Below are positions 19,078 through 28,487 of a stretch of DNA of 64,000 nt, one piece after another (within the stretch, counting starts at the first letter, position 1; the number at the start of each line of letters is the position of its first letter). The notes beneath the pieces were generated by a model. The model searched no databases. It worked only from the letters and a program-made list of their open reading frames with translations, and had not been told where the DNA came from. This DNA comes from a virus. The stretch lies in the IMG/VR virus record IMGVR_UViG_3300044646_002092, positions 52,445-116,444 of that record; one strand, written 5' to 3'. The position numbers and the translations under genes are program-made.

Positions 19078-19521
19078 ATGACACAAACATTTGTACGGTT
19101 AGAAGACTCTAAAGGTTCTGAGATTCTATACTTGAATTTACCAGAAATGCGAATTGAAGAAATTACCGATAGAATATCTATCACTAGTTACAAGGGTAAC
19201 ATTGGTATACTTTCCGAGCTATCTTTACCTTTAGATTTTGTAAGTTATTCTGGTGCTTTAGGTGATTTACTTATCCAATACAAACTAGAAAATTTATATA
19301 AAGTTAGTGCAAACTTAGCAGAGAATATTTTGTGGTTATCTTGTAAAGCTAAACCGTCTTGCTCTGTAAGTTTTGAAATGGTTCCTTTGACCTCTAACCC
19401 TCTCTTCAGGACTAAGAACGCAAAAACAGTAGCTGCCAGACTATTCCACGACTTACTGATTAAGATGGATAAACTAGAATCAGCTTTCCGTGTTTATACC
19501 GATTACCTACAGGAAAAATAA
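19078..19521 (+). CDS. Hypothetical protein
   Basis: 147-aa ORF. Confidence 0.6.
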   Translation: MTQTFVRLEDSKGSEILYLNLPEMRIEEITDRISITSYKGNIGILSELSLPLDFVSYSGALGDLLIQYKLENLYKVSANLAENILWLSCKAKPSCSVSFEMVPLTSNPLFRTKNAKTVAARLFHDLLIKMDKLESAFRVYTDYLQEK

Positions 19522-19613
19522 ATACCCTGAACAACAAAGTAATCACAAACTTCCGCGACCATCCATCCCTCCGTTTCAATGACCCACAATCTGTATTCAA
19601 AATCGATGACAAA

Positions 19614-19880
19614 GTGTATCTCATCAAGGAAGATGTTGTGCGCCAAATCAGACCACTAAGTATTCGCCACACTAATTTAGGTGAGCCTTACGCAAAATTA
19701 GTTCGTCTCAATTATTTCTTTTCTGCTGAAGCACATCTTTTCGACTTTACCGATGTACTTAACGAGCAGCATCAATTGTGTATCGACTTTGCCCCAGAAG
19801 ACGAAGAAGCTCTGAGGCAATTGCTCGACCAGCCTACGACTCTAATTGAGTCCTTAAATAAGGCTGGCTTGCTTGATTAA
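19614..19880 (+). CDS. Hypothetical protein (true start may be near 19518-19527)
   Basis: The frame stays open upstream to the end of the previous gene. Confidence 0.55.
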   Translation: MYLIKEDVVRQIRPLSIRHTNLGEPYAKLVRLNYFFSAEAHLFDFTDVLNEQHQLCIDFAPEDEEALRQLLDQPTTLIESLNKAGLLD

Positions 19881-20233
19881 AGCCTACAAACTTGCACATT
19901 CAGCACCCCACTATCTAAACTCCCGATAGCACTGAACGCAGCTTGTGACAAATCAATATTGTCCCCGAAGTCTCCAGTATCATTCGCGTAAACCTCCACA
20001 GAAGCTCCTGTACGCTCGTTTGTGACTCTGTAGTTACCGAAACCTCTCCAGTCTGCTATTGCGGCTGTGTAACCCGAATTACTGAATGTCTCACCATTTG
20101 CGGTTTGTCTATTTTCGTAGTAATCCGAGTAGAAAGTAGCGGTCGCGTAAAAGCATTCAGCTAGGGCGTTTGCAGGGCTTGAAACTGTTGCCAATAGTGC
20201 CAAACTTGCTGCGGAAATATTTTTAATTAGCAA
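19877..20233 (-). CDS. rlpA: RlpA-like DPBB lytic transglycosylase with signal peptide
   Basis: ATFYSDYYENRQTANGE.F...YTAA...RVTN..TG.SV.V..ND.G...NIDLS.AAF..IG..D.GV..V; hydrophobic N-terminal leader. Confidence 0.85.
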   Translation of the reverse strand: MLIKNISAASLALLATVSSPANALAECFYATATFYSDYYENRQTANGETFSNSGYTAAIADWRGFGNYRVTNERTGASVEVYANDTGDFGDNIDLSQAAFSAIGSLDSGVLNVQVCRL

Positions 20234-20334
20234 ACCGTGATTCCATTACTTTATTTCATAAACTACCGTAGCATACTGAGTAAATATACCTTCAGACAGA
20301 TGCAGAAAAGAGAATTGGCGCTTAGTATGGAGTC

Positions 20335-20427
20335 ATGTTTGTACATTTAATTCTGCCACTCACATTAGCGCTCGTCATTCCTGCACTTCTTGGCTACATC
20401 GCATTGAAACTTTATTTTGGTAATTAA
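20335..20427 (+). CDS. 30-aa single-TM peptide (MFVHLILPLTLALVIPALLGYIALKLYFGN)
   Basis: GGAG RBS; hydrophobic; fits directly before the next gene. Confidence 0.55.
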   Translation: MFVHLILPLTLALVIPALLGYIALKLYFGN

Positions 20428-20432
20428 TTGGC

Positions 20433-20903
20433 ATGACTGAATCTATCGCACTAAACCCTACTACCGAACTTTCCACCGAAGAAAATGAGCTACTCCTTTC
20501 TGCAATCAACTTGAGCAGTCAAGAAAAGAGCGTCCAAGCCGAGTTGAAAGACGTAAAGGCAAAAGTGACCGAACTGTTTACAAAACGCTTTGACACCGCA
20601 AAAACTGGCACAATCGCGAAGCTTGGTAAATCGAGCATCCAAGTCAAGCGAAAAGCTGGCAAAGTCGTGTTGACCGATGAGCTACTCGAACTAGCAAACA
20701 ATATCGATGGCGCTAGAACTGATTTAATCGCGGCAAATGAAGGTGAAGTCCAGAAGTTGCAGAAACAAATTGAAGCTCTGCAACAACAGATTCTTGCATT
20801 GCAGACTAACGAAGAAATTGAGTTCATGGAGTTCGACTTCAAACAACGTGTGGCTGCACTGCCTGAGCCTGAAGCGACCTATGAAGTTGCGATTAAGGTT
20901 TAA
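20433..20903 (+). CDS. Coiled-coil hypothetical protein
   Basis: EVQKLQKQIEALQQQILALQ heptads. Confidence 0.7.
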   Translation: MTESIALNPTTELSTEENELLLSAINLSSQEKSVQAELKDVKAKVTELFTKRFDTAKTGTIAKLGKSSIQVKRKAGKVVLTDELLELANNIDGARTDLIAANEGEVQKLQKQIEALQQQILALQTNEEIEFMEFDFKQRVAALPEPEATYEVAIKV

Positions 20904-23900
20904 CTGTAAAGTGACCTCTCCCCCAACCCCAGATATTCATATATATTAGTTTCAATTGACTGAATCTCAGCCGTAGTAAGCTGTCTGCCATAAAGCAAAC
21001 AACCCAAGAAAAGTCCATTTACGTTGCTTGCTATCGAATCGATTGTTAGTGCGCTGCTTGAACTAAATACCAATACCTGAGCGTCAGTGCTGTCTAGATT
21101 AGAATCTAAAGGCACTGACGCTTTTTTTTGCCTACAATCTGTAATTATCTGAGGAATACTAGCTCCGTCGCTACTGTAAAATTCCAATTGGTCTGTGTAG
21201 TTGCTTATCAGGACACTATCAGCCGTTAGAGCGTTAGCATAGCCATATAGTCCAGTACTAACGAAACTTTTTGGCGTAGTCCAGTTGTCAGAAAAAGAGT
21301 ACAGAAAAGAAGTACTTTCATTAGGACTTCCCACTAGCAAGTCATAATTGGCGTTGAAGGATAAAGAATACCCAAAGTTAGCGGTCGCACTTGTAATAGT
21401 CTTTACTACACTCCAAGTGCCAGTTTCATATTTCCAAATTTTTACTTCGCCAGAGAAGTTAGCGGTCGCCAAGTAATCGTCCTTCAGCGCAAAATCCAAG
21501 TCTGCGCCTGTAATTGTTTGGGTGAGCGTGTCTGAGTCGAAAACCCTAACATTGCCTGAGTTGTCCTGCGCCGCCCAACGAGACAAAGAAAAATTACCCA
21601 GAATTTTTTTCCCGAAAAAGTTGAAGACGTTACTAGGGGTCGTGTTATAGATGCCAGCAGTCGATGTGAACTTGTAGATGTTGTTGCTACCTTGAACCGA
21701 AGCCAAAAGCGCCGTATTATCGTCCCTTACAAAAGCTGCCAGACCGAAACCATCGACGTAAGGCACAGGACTAGTTTGCCCCAAATTGAGGCTAGATGTC
21801 CAAGTTGCTGCTCCAGTTCTTGTGAAGTGAAGTACGCGACCCTCGCCCAAGTTACTATTTTTAACACCAATGCAAATCAAATCTCCAGTGTTATTTATTT
21901 GAAGCGAGGCGTTAGCCAGAGCAGCAGCATCACCTAAAGTTAGCGCCAAAGTTACAGCCGAATCAAATCGCCACACACCAGAGATTCGCCGTACCACTTT
22001 GACCGTGTTTGCCAAGTCGTCAATGTAAACTAAATTACTCTCGTCTTCCGAAATTGCCACCTTACTGAATCGACCCAACTGCGTAGAAACTTTTACAAAA
22101 TCGCCTTCGTTAAATTGGAGTGCGCCAACTAACTGAGTACCAGAGCCGCCATTGAATGTATAGCCAGAAGCTGAGCCAACATATTTTCGATAAGACTTAG
22201 CCACCAACTCCCGATAAACAAAAAATAAGGTACGAACGCCAACCACCGAAGAAGACAAATTTATTTTCTGCCCTGAGCTTGCGATGTTATAAGTCTTGCC
22301 ATATAAGAGTGAAGTTTCCAATGTCGAACTAGTTGTCGCGTTAGCTGTTGCAGTGAGATTAGGTATTGTGCCGCTAGTTACGCTTGATTTAGCAAAGTAG
22401 CCGTCAAGATATCCAGAAATATTCGTGATGCCGAAAGTACGTGACTCATTAAGACTCACTTCATAATCTTGATAGTAAGTGCTGTTTGAAATTCTTATGG
22501 TAATTGGTGTTCGGGCTGGACGTACTGCAAAATTGCTTAGAACTAGCTGGAAAGTTGCTGTAAGCGAATTTGGTGCTACAGATACAGTACTAACATTTAG
22601 AGTTGCTTCATTTAATTGCCAGTCGGAATTATCAGGAATTAGTAAGTGTAAAAAATAAACTGTGGAATCTGAGTATGAGCCAGCTTGGGTAATTGTATAT
22701 GTGGTGGTTGAATTAGGAGCGACAGAAGTTGCGCCAGCAACGGAAAAAATTTGCCTAGAAAAAATCCCCTGAAAATTTGAAGACGTTTTGTTCCTGAACT
22801 TAATCGGATAAAATTGTTCGACCTTGGCTTGAGGCAGGAGTGTAGCGACTTGGGGGAAGTATTGGTCAAGATTCGCTACTCGCTCATAGGCAGAAAAAGA
22901 AATTAGGCTGTAGTTTCCTGTAGGTGCTTGGTACTTACTCGAATTAAACCAGAACTTGTAGCTCGGTATTTTAATTTGTAGCGTTGTAGTAAGCTTTAGT
23001 ACGCCATTGAACCATACTTTGACAGCAAACTGGCTAAACTCTAGCCGAAGCACTTGAGCAGGCTCTGAAGTGTCAAAAGTGCCAATATCCTGTAGATTGA
23101 TGGCGCTTGAGTTGAGTCTGCCAAATTTAAGCAGATTGTCCAGTTTCCTTACAAAAAAACTGAGGTTAGGCGAGTCCCAGTAGCTTAGTAGCTCTACATT
23201 TGCGCCGATGTTAGCTGATAAAAATCGTAGCTCGACTGTAAAGCTTGATGTGAGAGGTCGAGCGCTTTGTATGGCAAGGGAATTGGGCGTTACTAGCTTC
23301 GTCTGTGTCTTGTAGTTATTTGTAGTCGTGTCGGTCGGTTTTGTGAAGTTGCCAATCTCGTCAGCATATTTTAGGTAGCAGATTTGATTGTCGCTTGGTT
23401 GGTACGCCGTCAACGCGCCAGCGAAAACCTCTGCACTTATTGATAAAAGCCAAGGTAATGCCACAGACTTGTAGCCAATATTTTTGACATCACCAGTGAA
23501 GTTGCCAATCTTGAAAGTGCCAGACTGAATTTTGTAGTTGAAGGTGAGAGTAGCCGCCGACTCGTTCACTTTAATACTCAGCACATTTCCTTTTCTGACA
23601 ACGCGCAGTAGCGCCCAAGTGGCATCGTTTACAGTAAGACCACTTGATATAGTTTCAAAGACACCAGAAGCTATCTGACGCTTAATTACTAGCACACCAG
23701 AGATGATTGCAAACGTGAAATTATCCGCTATAGTAAATAAAGTTTGATTTATAACTCCAGAGGGATAAAATTGCCCAAAAAAGGAAAAATCGTACTTGTT
23801 TGTTACGGCTGAGTAGCTTGTAGATGAAGTGGTGTAGGAGGTCGTGCTGCTATCGTATACGTCCAAAGGAGTAGGTAGATAGTTCTGCTCGGTTTCGGTG

Positions 23901-23941
23901 AGTTGAAGTCGTTCGGGAGAATAGGTAAATCGTGGATGCAT
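20900..23941 (-). CDS. Large virion protein (LamG-like plus beta-propeller/FG-GAP-like repeats)
   Basis: WALLRVVRKGNVLSIKVN; GFGLAAF, NFGYSLSF..LLVGSP and YGYANAL repeats; Ser/Thr-rich. Confidence 0.7.
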   Translation of the reverse strand: MHPRFTYSPERLQLTETEQNYLPTPLDVYDSSTTSYTTSSTSYSAVTNKYDFSFFGQFYPSGVINQTLFTIADNFTFAIISGVLVIKRQIASGVFETISSGLTVNDATWALLRVVRKGNVLSIKVNESAATLTFNYKIQSGTFKIGNFTGDVKNIGYKSVALPWLLSISAEVFAGALTAYQPSDNQICYLKYADEIGNFTKPTDTTTNNYKTQTKLVTPNSLAIQSARPLTSSFTVELRFLSANIGANVELLSYWDSPNLSFFVRKLDNLLKFGRLNSSAINLQDIGTFDTSEPAQVLRLEFSQFAVKVWFNGVLKLTTTLQIKIPSYKFWFNSSKYQAPTGNYSLISFSAYERVANLDQYFPQVATLLPQAKVEQFYPIKFRNKTSSNFQGIFSRQIFSVAGATSVAPNSTTTYTITQAGSYSDSTVYFLHLLIPDNSDWQLNEATLNVSTVSVAPNSLTATFQLVLSNFAVRPARTPITIRISNSTYYQDYEVSLNESRTFGITNISGYLDGYFAKSSVTSGTIPNLTATANATTSSTLETSLLYGKTYNIASSGQKINLSSSVVGVRTLFFVYRELVAKSYRKYVGSASGYTFNGGSGTQLVGALQFNEGDFVKVSTQLGRFSKVAISEDESNLVYIDDLANTVKVVRRISGVWRFDSAVTLALTLGDAAALANASLQINNTGDLICIGVKNSNLGEGRVLHFTRTGAATWTSSLNLGQTSPVPYVDGFGLAAFVRDDNTALLASVQGSNNIYKFTSTAGIYNTTPSNVFNFFGKKILGNFSLSRWAAQDNSGNVRVFDSDTLTQTITGADLDFALKDDYLATANFSGEVKIWKYETGTWSVVKTITSATANFGYSLSFNANYDLLVGSPNESTSFLYSFSDNWTTPKSFVSTGLYGYANALTADSVLISNYTDQLEFYSSDGASIPQIITDCRQKKASVPLDSNLDSTDAQVLVFSSSSALTIDSIASNVNGLFLGCLLYGRQLTTAEIQSIETNIYEYLGLGERSLYS

Positions 23942-23942
23942 T

Positions 23943-24299
23943 TTAGACCGTTACGATAACATTAGCAAAACCAACTACACTAATTGAGCCTGTAAGGGAA
24001 GCGTAAGCCTTGATAACTAAGCTCCCAGTTACTGTGACACCCGAAAGAATCGGCACTAGTCCACGACCTGCGGGAATTACTTGTGAAAATATTTGAGAGG
24101 CGCTCGAACCTCCCACTAACACATATAAAGTCTGGTCAATATTAGAATAGTTAAATGCCGATACCCAAAGTTCGTGAATATCGGTAGACCCCGCAGTGTG
24201 TATAGTATTGGCACTACCTGAAGTGGTAGCATTGATGGCTATTGGCAAACCATTTGTGCTACCACCTAAAATCGACTTCTGAAAAGTATCCACAGACAT
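23943..24299 (-). CDS. Small virion beta-sandwich protein
   Basis: TIHTA...ELWVSAFN...VIPAG.GLV pattern typical of tail-associated small proteins. Confidence 0.6.
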   Translation of the reverse strand: MSVDTFQKSILGGSTNGLPIAINATTSGSANTIHTAGSTDIHELWVSAFNYSNIDQTLYVLVGGSSASQIFSQVIPAGRGLVPILSGVTVTGSLVIKAYASLTGSISVVGFANVIVTV

Positions 24300-24332
24300 T
24301 AATTATTGATAAATATATGTCTCTAGTTTACC

Positions 24333-25016
24333 TTAGATTGCGGGAAGCAAGTTTTGGTCTAAAAAGCCCATAAGTTTGTCACCAGAATCTTTGACTGAAT
24401 TAACAGCTTTCCACTTTTTTGCGTCTGGGTTGCGAGACAGTTGTAATTTCTCGAAATCTTCAAGTAGAGATACGATAGTTACTTCATCAGCAGTCAGACC
24501 ATTTTTACGAGTTTCGATACCTACAAGCTTATTATTGTGCTTGTTGACAGTTGCAAAATGCATATCTTCGCACTCACGACCTCGAAGTTCGCCCATAAGT
24601 CCATGATATTTTTCAAGCTGCTTTTGTCTCGATACAGATTTGGTATTGTGGCGAATAATTGCTTCAAGGTCATCGCTGCGTTCAACGATAGAGTCAGCAA
24701 GTGCCATGTCAGCTTTCAGGTAAGCATGGAAAGTCTGCTTGACAAAGACTTCAAAATCTGGATTAAGCCACTCAGCCAATTTAATTGCAACTAGAGGATG
24801 AACCCATGTACCTCCTGTCCTGCCTTGCTTTGTTTGTATTAGGACGCTTTTATCGACCATTAAATTTGAACAGCAAGACTCGATAAATTTAGGTGTGCTG
24901 TCCAAATCCATAAACCTTTTCCATTCACGACCTTTGCCAAACTGTTTGCACCATTTTGTAGCGTTAATAAAATTGTCGCTAACACGTTGAGAGCTTTCTA
25001 CCAATTCATCAAACAT
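24333..25016 (-). CDS. KilA-N domain protein (copy 2)
   Basis: FINATKWCKQFGK...GGTWVHPLVAIKLAEWLNPDF; colinear with copy 1. Confidence 0.88.
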   Translation of the reverse strand: MFDELVESSQRVSDNFINATKWCKQFGKGREWKRFMDLDSTPKFIESCCSNLMVDKSVLIQTKQGRTGGTWVHPLVAIKLAEWLNPDFEVFVKQTFHAYLKADMALADSIVERSDDLEAIIRHNTKSVSRQKQLEKYHGLMGELRGRECEDMHFATVNKHNNKLVGIETRKNGLTADEVTIVSLLEDFEKLQLSRNPDAKKWKAVNSVKDSGDKLMGFLDQNLLPAI

Positions 25017-25096
25017 AGATTATGTCTTTATATTTACAATAACTATATTAAAGCACATCTAGTTTAGTAAAACATCTATCTAAAGACATATATAAT

Positions 25097-25124
25097 AAAA
25101 ATCCAGCCGCTAAGCTGGAAAAAA
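25097..25124 (-). terminator. Rho-independent terminator after ruvC (possibly bidirectional)
   Basis: TCCAGC/GCTGGA stem flanked by A-tracts on both sides. Confidence 0.75.
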
Positions 25125-25184
25125 TTGTAAATATAAATAGACAACTCCAAGTTTACTATAAAGTGAGATATTCCGTCTATTATT

Positions 25185-25646
25185 TTACTGAATATAACAT
25201 AAAAATAATCCGAGTGAGTCTGCGGCATGATTCTCGTCTTTTGTGAATACTTTACTGGGAAACACTTTTTGTACAGCAGCTATAACATCCTCCTTCTCGC
25301 TTTTTCCAGAGCCAGTTACAATTTTTTTCATCTCGGTCGGTGTGTAACTTTTTTCTATTAAGTCCCGCTTTTTAGCTAAACACCGCATTATGCCAATAAC
25401 TTGATTCAACTTAGCCCCTACCTGCCCTTTCATAATAGGCTCTTCGTAAACAAACACGCTTGGACTATATTTATTCAGTAGTTGCTCAAAGTGCAACGAG
25501 TACTCAACAAGTTTGTCTGTAAAGCCTTTACTCTTTGTAATTATGTTTTCACAATAGAGTAAATCTAATTGCCCTTTATCGTTAAAGTCAACTATACTAA
25601 ATCCGCCAGTCGCGTATCCTACATCCCAACTCAGCACTCTTGTCAT
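25185..25646 (-). CDS. ruvC: RuvC-like Holliday junction resolvase
   Basis: LSWDVGY, YEEP, YTPTEMKKIVTGSGKSEKEDV, HAADSL. Confidence 0.9.
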   Translation of the reverse strand: MTRVLSWDVGYATGGFSIVDFNDKGQLDLLYCENIITKSKGFTDKLVEYSLHFEQLLNKYSPSVFVYEEPIMKGQVGAKLNQVIGIMRCLAKKRDLIEKSYTPTEMKKIVTGSGKSEKEDVIAAVQKVFPSKVFTKDENHAADSLGLFLCYIQ

Positions 25647-25680
25647 AATAGTAAAATATAAATAATAACAAGCCTAACAC

Positions 25681-26586
25681 ATGACACTATCGCTCGATTA
25701 TATAGCCACAAACTCACTTCCCTGCCGTAGTTATCTGGACTTCACTAATGTTGCATACACCTCTATAGTTGGAGCAACCTTCACTCAATTAAACCTCACT
25801 GGCAACACAGATTACGATTTTATCTCTACAGGTCTATCTAATCATCCAACAAGGGGCGACTTTGGCATCCAATTTACTTCTGCCCAGAAACTATCTCCTC
25901 GCGTGTCAGGTATCATTTCAGGTGCTTCTAGTTATTCTTTACTCGTTGTGTCGAGAAATTCAGACAACTCGTTACTAAAAATAGGCAAAACCAACCCAAA
26001 TCTACCGAAACTGCTAGAAATTGACTATACAGCCACTAACTTTGCACAGAATTACTCACGACTGAACGTTGCTGACCGAGAATTAACACTTGGCGACCTC
26101 GAAACTACACAAGTTTGCCTACTTTCACATGATGTTGTTACTGGAGTGACCAACACATCGATAAATTTGACTGATTTTCAACAAAATACCAAACTTGATG
26201 CTGGATATATGTTGCCAAACTTGTCCTCATTTGTTTTAGGCGAAGGATTTGGCGGGGAACTACTTAATTTCTTACTTTTTGTGCCAGCTATTGAAAATAT
26301 ACATCTTTTGGAGCTTGGGCGACGGGTATCAGATTATATCCCGCAATCAGAACTAAAATTTGACAAATTGCTACTGACAACTGAGAGCAAACTAGAACTG
26401 GCAACCACATTCTTTTCTGCACCCCGAATCATGTACAATCTACCGCTAAAAATAAAAAACCTAGAGACAAACTCTAAGCTATTATTTAGTAGTAATTTAA
26501 TAGTTATTGCAAGCTATTTATGGGACAACCTTAGTGGTGCTAATTGGGATGCAACCTCTGAGGCGTTATGGGACTCAATGGGCTAA
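25681..26586 (+). CDS. Hypothetical virion protein (LamG-like)
   Basis: 301 aa; ends ...WDNLSGANWDATSEALWD, similar to the terminal W-D motif of 15710..17110. Confidence 0.6.
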   Translation: MTLSLDYIATNSLPCRSYLDFTNVAYTSIVGATFTQLNLTGNTDYDFISTGLSNHPTRGDFGIQFTSAQKLSPRVSGIISGASSYSLLVVSRNSDNSLLKIGKTNPNLPKLLEIDYTATNFAQNYSRLNVADRELTLGDLETTQVCLLSHDVVTGVTNTSINLTDFQQNTKLDAGYMLPNLSSFVLGEGFGGELLNFLLFVPAIENIHLLELGRRVSDYIPQSELKFDKLLLTTESKLELATTFFSAPRIMYNLPLKIKNLETNSKLLFSSNLIVIASYLWDNLSGANWDATSEALWDSMG

Positions 26587-27261
26587 CTAATATACGAACC
26601 CGTTGTAACGTCGCACTTTGAAGTTGGCAAAGGGGGAGGTATTCATAGAAGTATTTGCAGACTTCATTGGTTTGGCTCCACGACCAAACCTATTATCTAA
26701 AGGAAGTACGCCATCTGCTTCTGCTCTACTTAGGTCAGTAATTCCATTTTGCTCGTAATTTTGTTTCGCATTTTTTCTTGTCTTATTAACAAAATCTTGA
26801 GTTGCATCTTCTGCTGGTACTGCAACTGGTTTAGCCGCAGGTAACTGAGCTTGCTGTTTAGGTGCGTTAGGTGTAAATGGCTGATTGTTAATCGGTGTCT
26901 GAGTTACATTTGTAGCGGAAGCATTAGTAGTAGCTGGCAACATAGCCTGATTACCGACTTGCCCTGCTTTACGTGCTTGCCAAGCATTCTTTAGTCTAGA
27001 ACCGCCATAACCCGCAGCACCACCTAAAGCAGCACCACCACCGACTTGACCAGCAAGATTACCAATCGATTTGTCATCGCTACCAAGATAGTTAATTGCA
27101 CCGACTCCTGCGCCGATACCAGCACCAAGTTTAGCGGCTCCTCCAGATGTAGAGAGCGCTTTACCAGCTTTAGTGCCAAGTTGCCCTGCCAATCCTGCCC
27201 AATCGACAGCAAAATTGGCGTATTTAGGATTTGTTGCTAATGCGTATGCGGAAATTCTCAT
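26587..27261 (-). CDS. Gly/Ala-rich low-complexity protein with ANF motifs at both ends
   Basis: PKYANFA near the N-terminus and SPFANFK near the C-terminus; GAG-rich hydrophobic segments. Confidence 0.65.
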   Translation of the reverse strand: MRISAYALATNPKYANFAVDWAGLAGQLGTKAGKALSTSGGAAKLGAGIGAGVGAINYLGSDDKSIGNLAGQVGGGAALGGAAGYGGSRLKNAWQARKAGQVGNQAMLPATTNASATNVTQTPINNQPFTPNAPKQQAQLPAAKPVAVPAEDATQDFVNKTRKNAKQNYEQNGITDLSRAEADGVLPLDNRFGRGAKPMKSANTSMNTSPFANFKVRRYNGFVY

Positions 27262-27280
27262 AATTGTTTGTACTATATTT

Positions 27281-27649
27281 TTAATTAAATGAATTTGCTA
27301 AGTCAAATATTTCTTTAGTATCTAGTCCCAAATTAGTTGCCAAAGCTAAAACAAGGGGATAATCCTCACGAATATTCGTAGCATATTCCCATTCTATCTG
27401 TGCTGCTCTACCTAGTTGAGATAGTGCCGCCTCTATGTCATCTAGTAACTCCATTTGTAGTAAAGCTAGCCTTAATTGCCTTGCATCTATTTCTCTAATA
27501 GCTACGGACAATGGCTCGGCAGGCAATGGCACATTGCCATCAGCTAGCCATTGCTCATATGCTTGCCAATCGCCATTAGGAGCATTAGGAATTACCGCGC
27601 CATCGGATAGGCGGATAATTTGGTCAGGATTTGAGGTGAGTTGGTACAT
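27281..27649 (-). CDS. Tail-fibre assembly/chaperone-like protein
   Basis: [25 protein letters not shown] and I.ARQLRLAL...AQIEWEYA...R..PLV motifs. Confidence 0.7.
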   Translation of the reverse strand: MYQLTSNPDQIIRLSDGAVIPNAPNGDWQAYEQWLADGNVPLPAEPLSVAIREIDARQLRLALLQMELLDDIEAALSQLGRAAQIEWEYATNIREDYPLVLALATNLGLDTKEIFDLANSFN

Positions 27650-27655
27650 ATATGC

Positions 27656-27934
27656 TTAGGAGATATGGGCGGAGCAAGACGCAGAAACAGTCCAAGAAGT
27701 GTTGGTAAAGTTTGTACCTGTCACAGGGACAGAGAACCCTTCTGAGGTAACTTGAGGAGTCACAAATGAGGTGACATTGGAAGCATTTGTATAGGTTGGC
27801 GCAATCACAGGAATTAGCTTGTATCGCTTTTCTCGATAAACTCTAGCTGACATAACTTCACAAGGATTACCTCCCAATAAAGCGTTTAATGTATTATCTG
27901 CCGCTATTGCTATATTGAATAAATACTTTTTCAT
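27656..27934 (-). pseudogene. Chimeric ORF: truncated tail-associated gene fused to a tail-fibre C-terminal fragment
   Basis: The first ~44 aa (IAIAADNTLNALLGGNPCEVMSARVY) match a common phage family; the sequence then switches abruptly to a Thr/Ser beta-strand fibre end (APTYTNASNVTS...WTVSASCSAHI). Confidence 0.5.
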
Positions 27935-27938
27935 AGCC

Positions 27939-28478
27939 TTATGGTAAATGCACCAAATTAGAAAAGTTTAGAGAATCTGTTAAACTATTCCACAACGTTT
28001 TCTCTTCATTAGTGAATCTATAATCAGATGTACCAATTAGTAGTTGAAAAGAAGCATAAACAGCACTTTCATTTTTAGTAACAGTAACAGCTTGGTCAAG
28101 TTTACCAGAAGCTACGGCAATATTATTAGCATTAATAATTTGAGCTAAAGTAGAATCGGGGGCAGCAAAACTAGCAGCAGTTAATCTTATATAGATATCA
28201 TATAAAGCACCGCCTAAGATAAGGTTTTGCAAGGCAGCCCAATCAGCTACAAGGATAACAGGGCTAGGCTCTATAGGTTCAGAACCTTTCCCTTGCTCAT
28301 ACCACGCTGCAAGGTTTTGTAAGTCAGCCCATTGCAACCATTCAGCATCAGTAAGTAATTCACCAGTGCGTTGATTGTGTGCTGTTCTTATTTGAGCTAG
28401 CCCTTGTTGTAGTTGGGCTTGAGTATAAGTAATACCATTTACTTCTTGAGTGTCTTCAATCTTGATAATAAATTCCAT
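27939..28478 (-). CDS. Hypothetical tail-associated protein
   Basis: AAGGAG RBS; within the fibre cluster. Confidence 0.65.
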   Translation of the reverse strand: MEFIIKIEDTQEVNGITYTQAQLQQGLAQIRTAHNQRTGELLTDAEWLQWADLQNLAAWYEQGKGSEPIEPSPVILVADWAALQNLILGGALYDIYIRLTAASFAAPDSTLAQIINANNIAVASGKLDQAVTVTKNESAVYASFQLLIGTSDYRFTNEEKTLWNSLTDSLNFSNLVHLP

Positions 28479-28487
28479 ATATACTCC

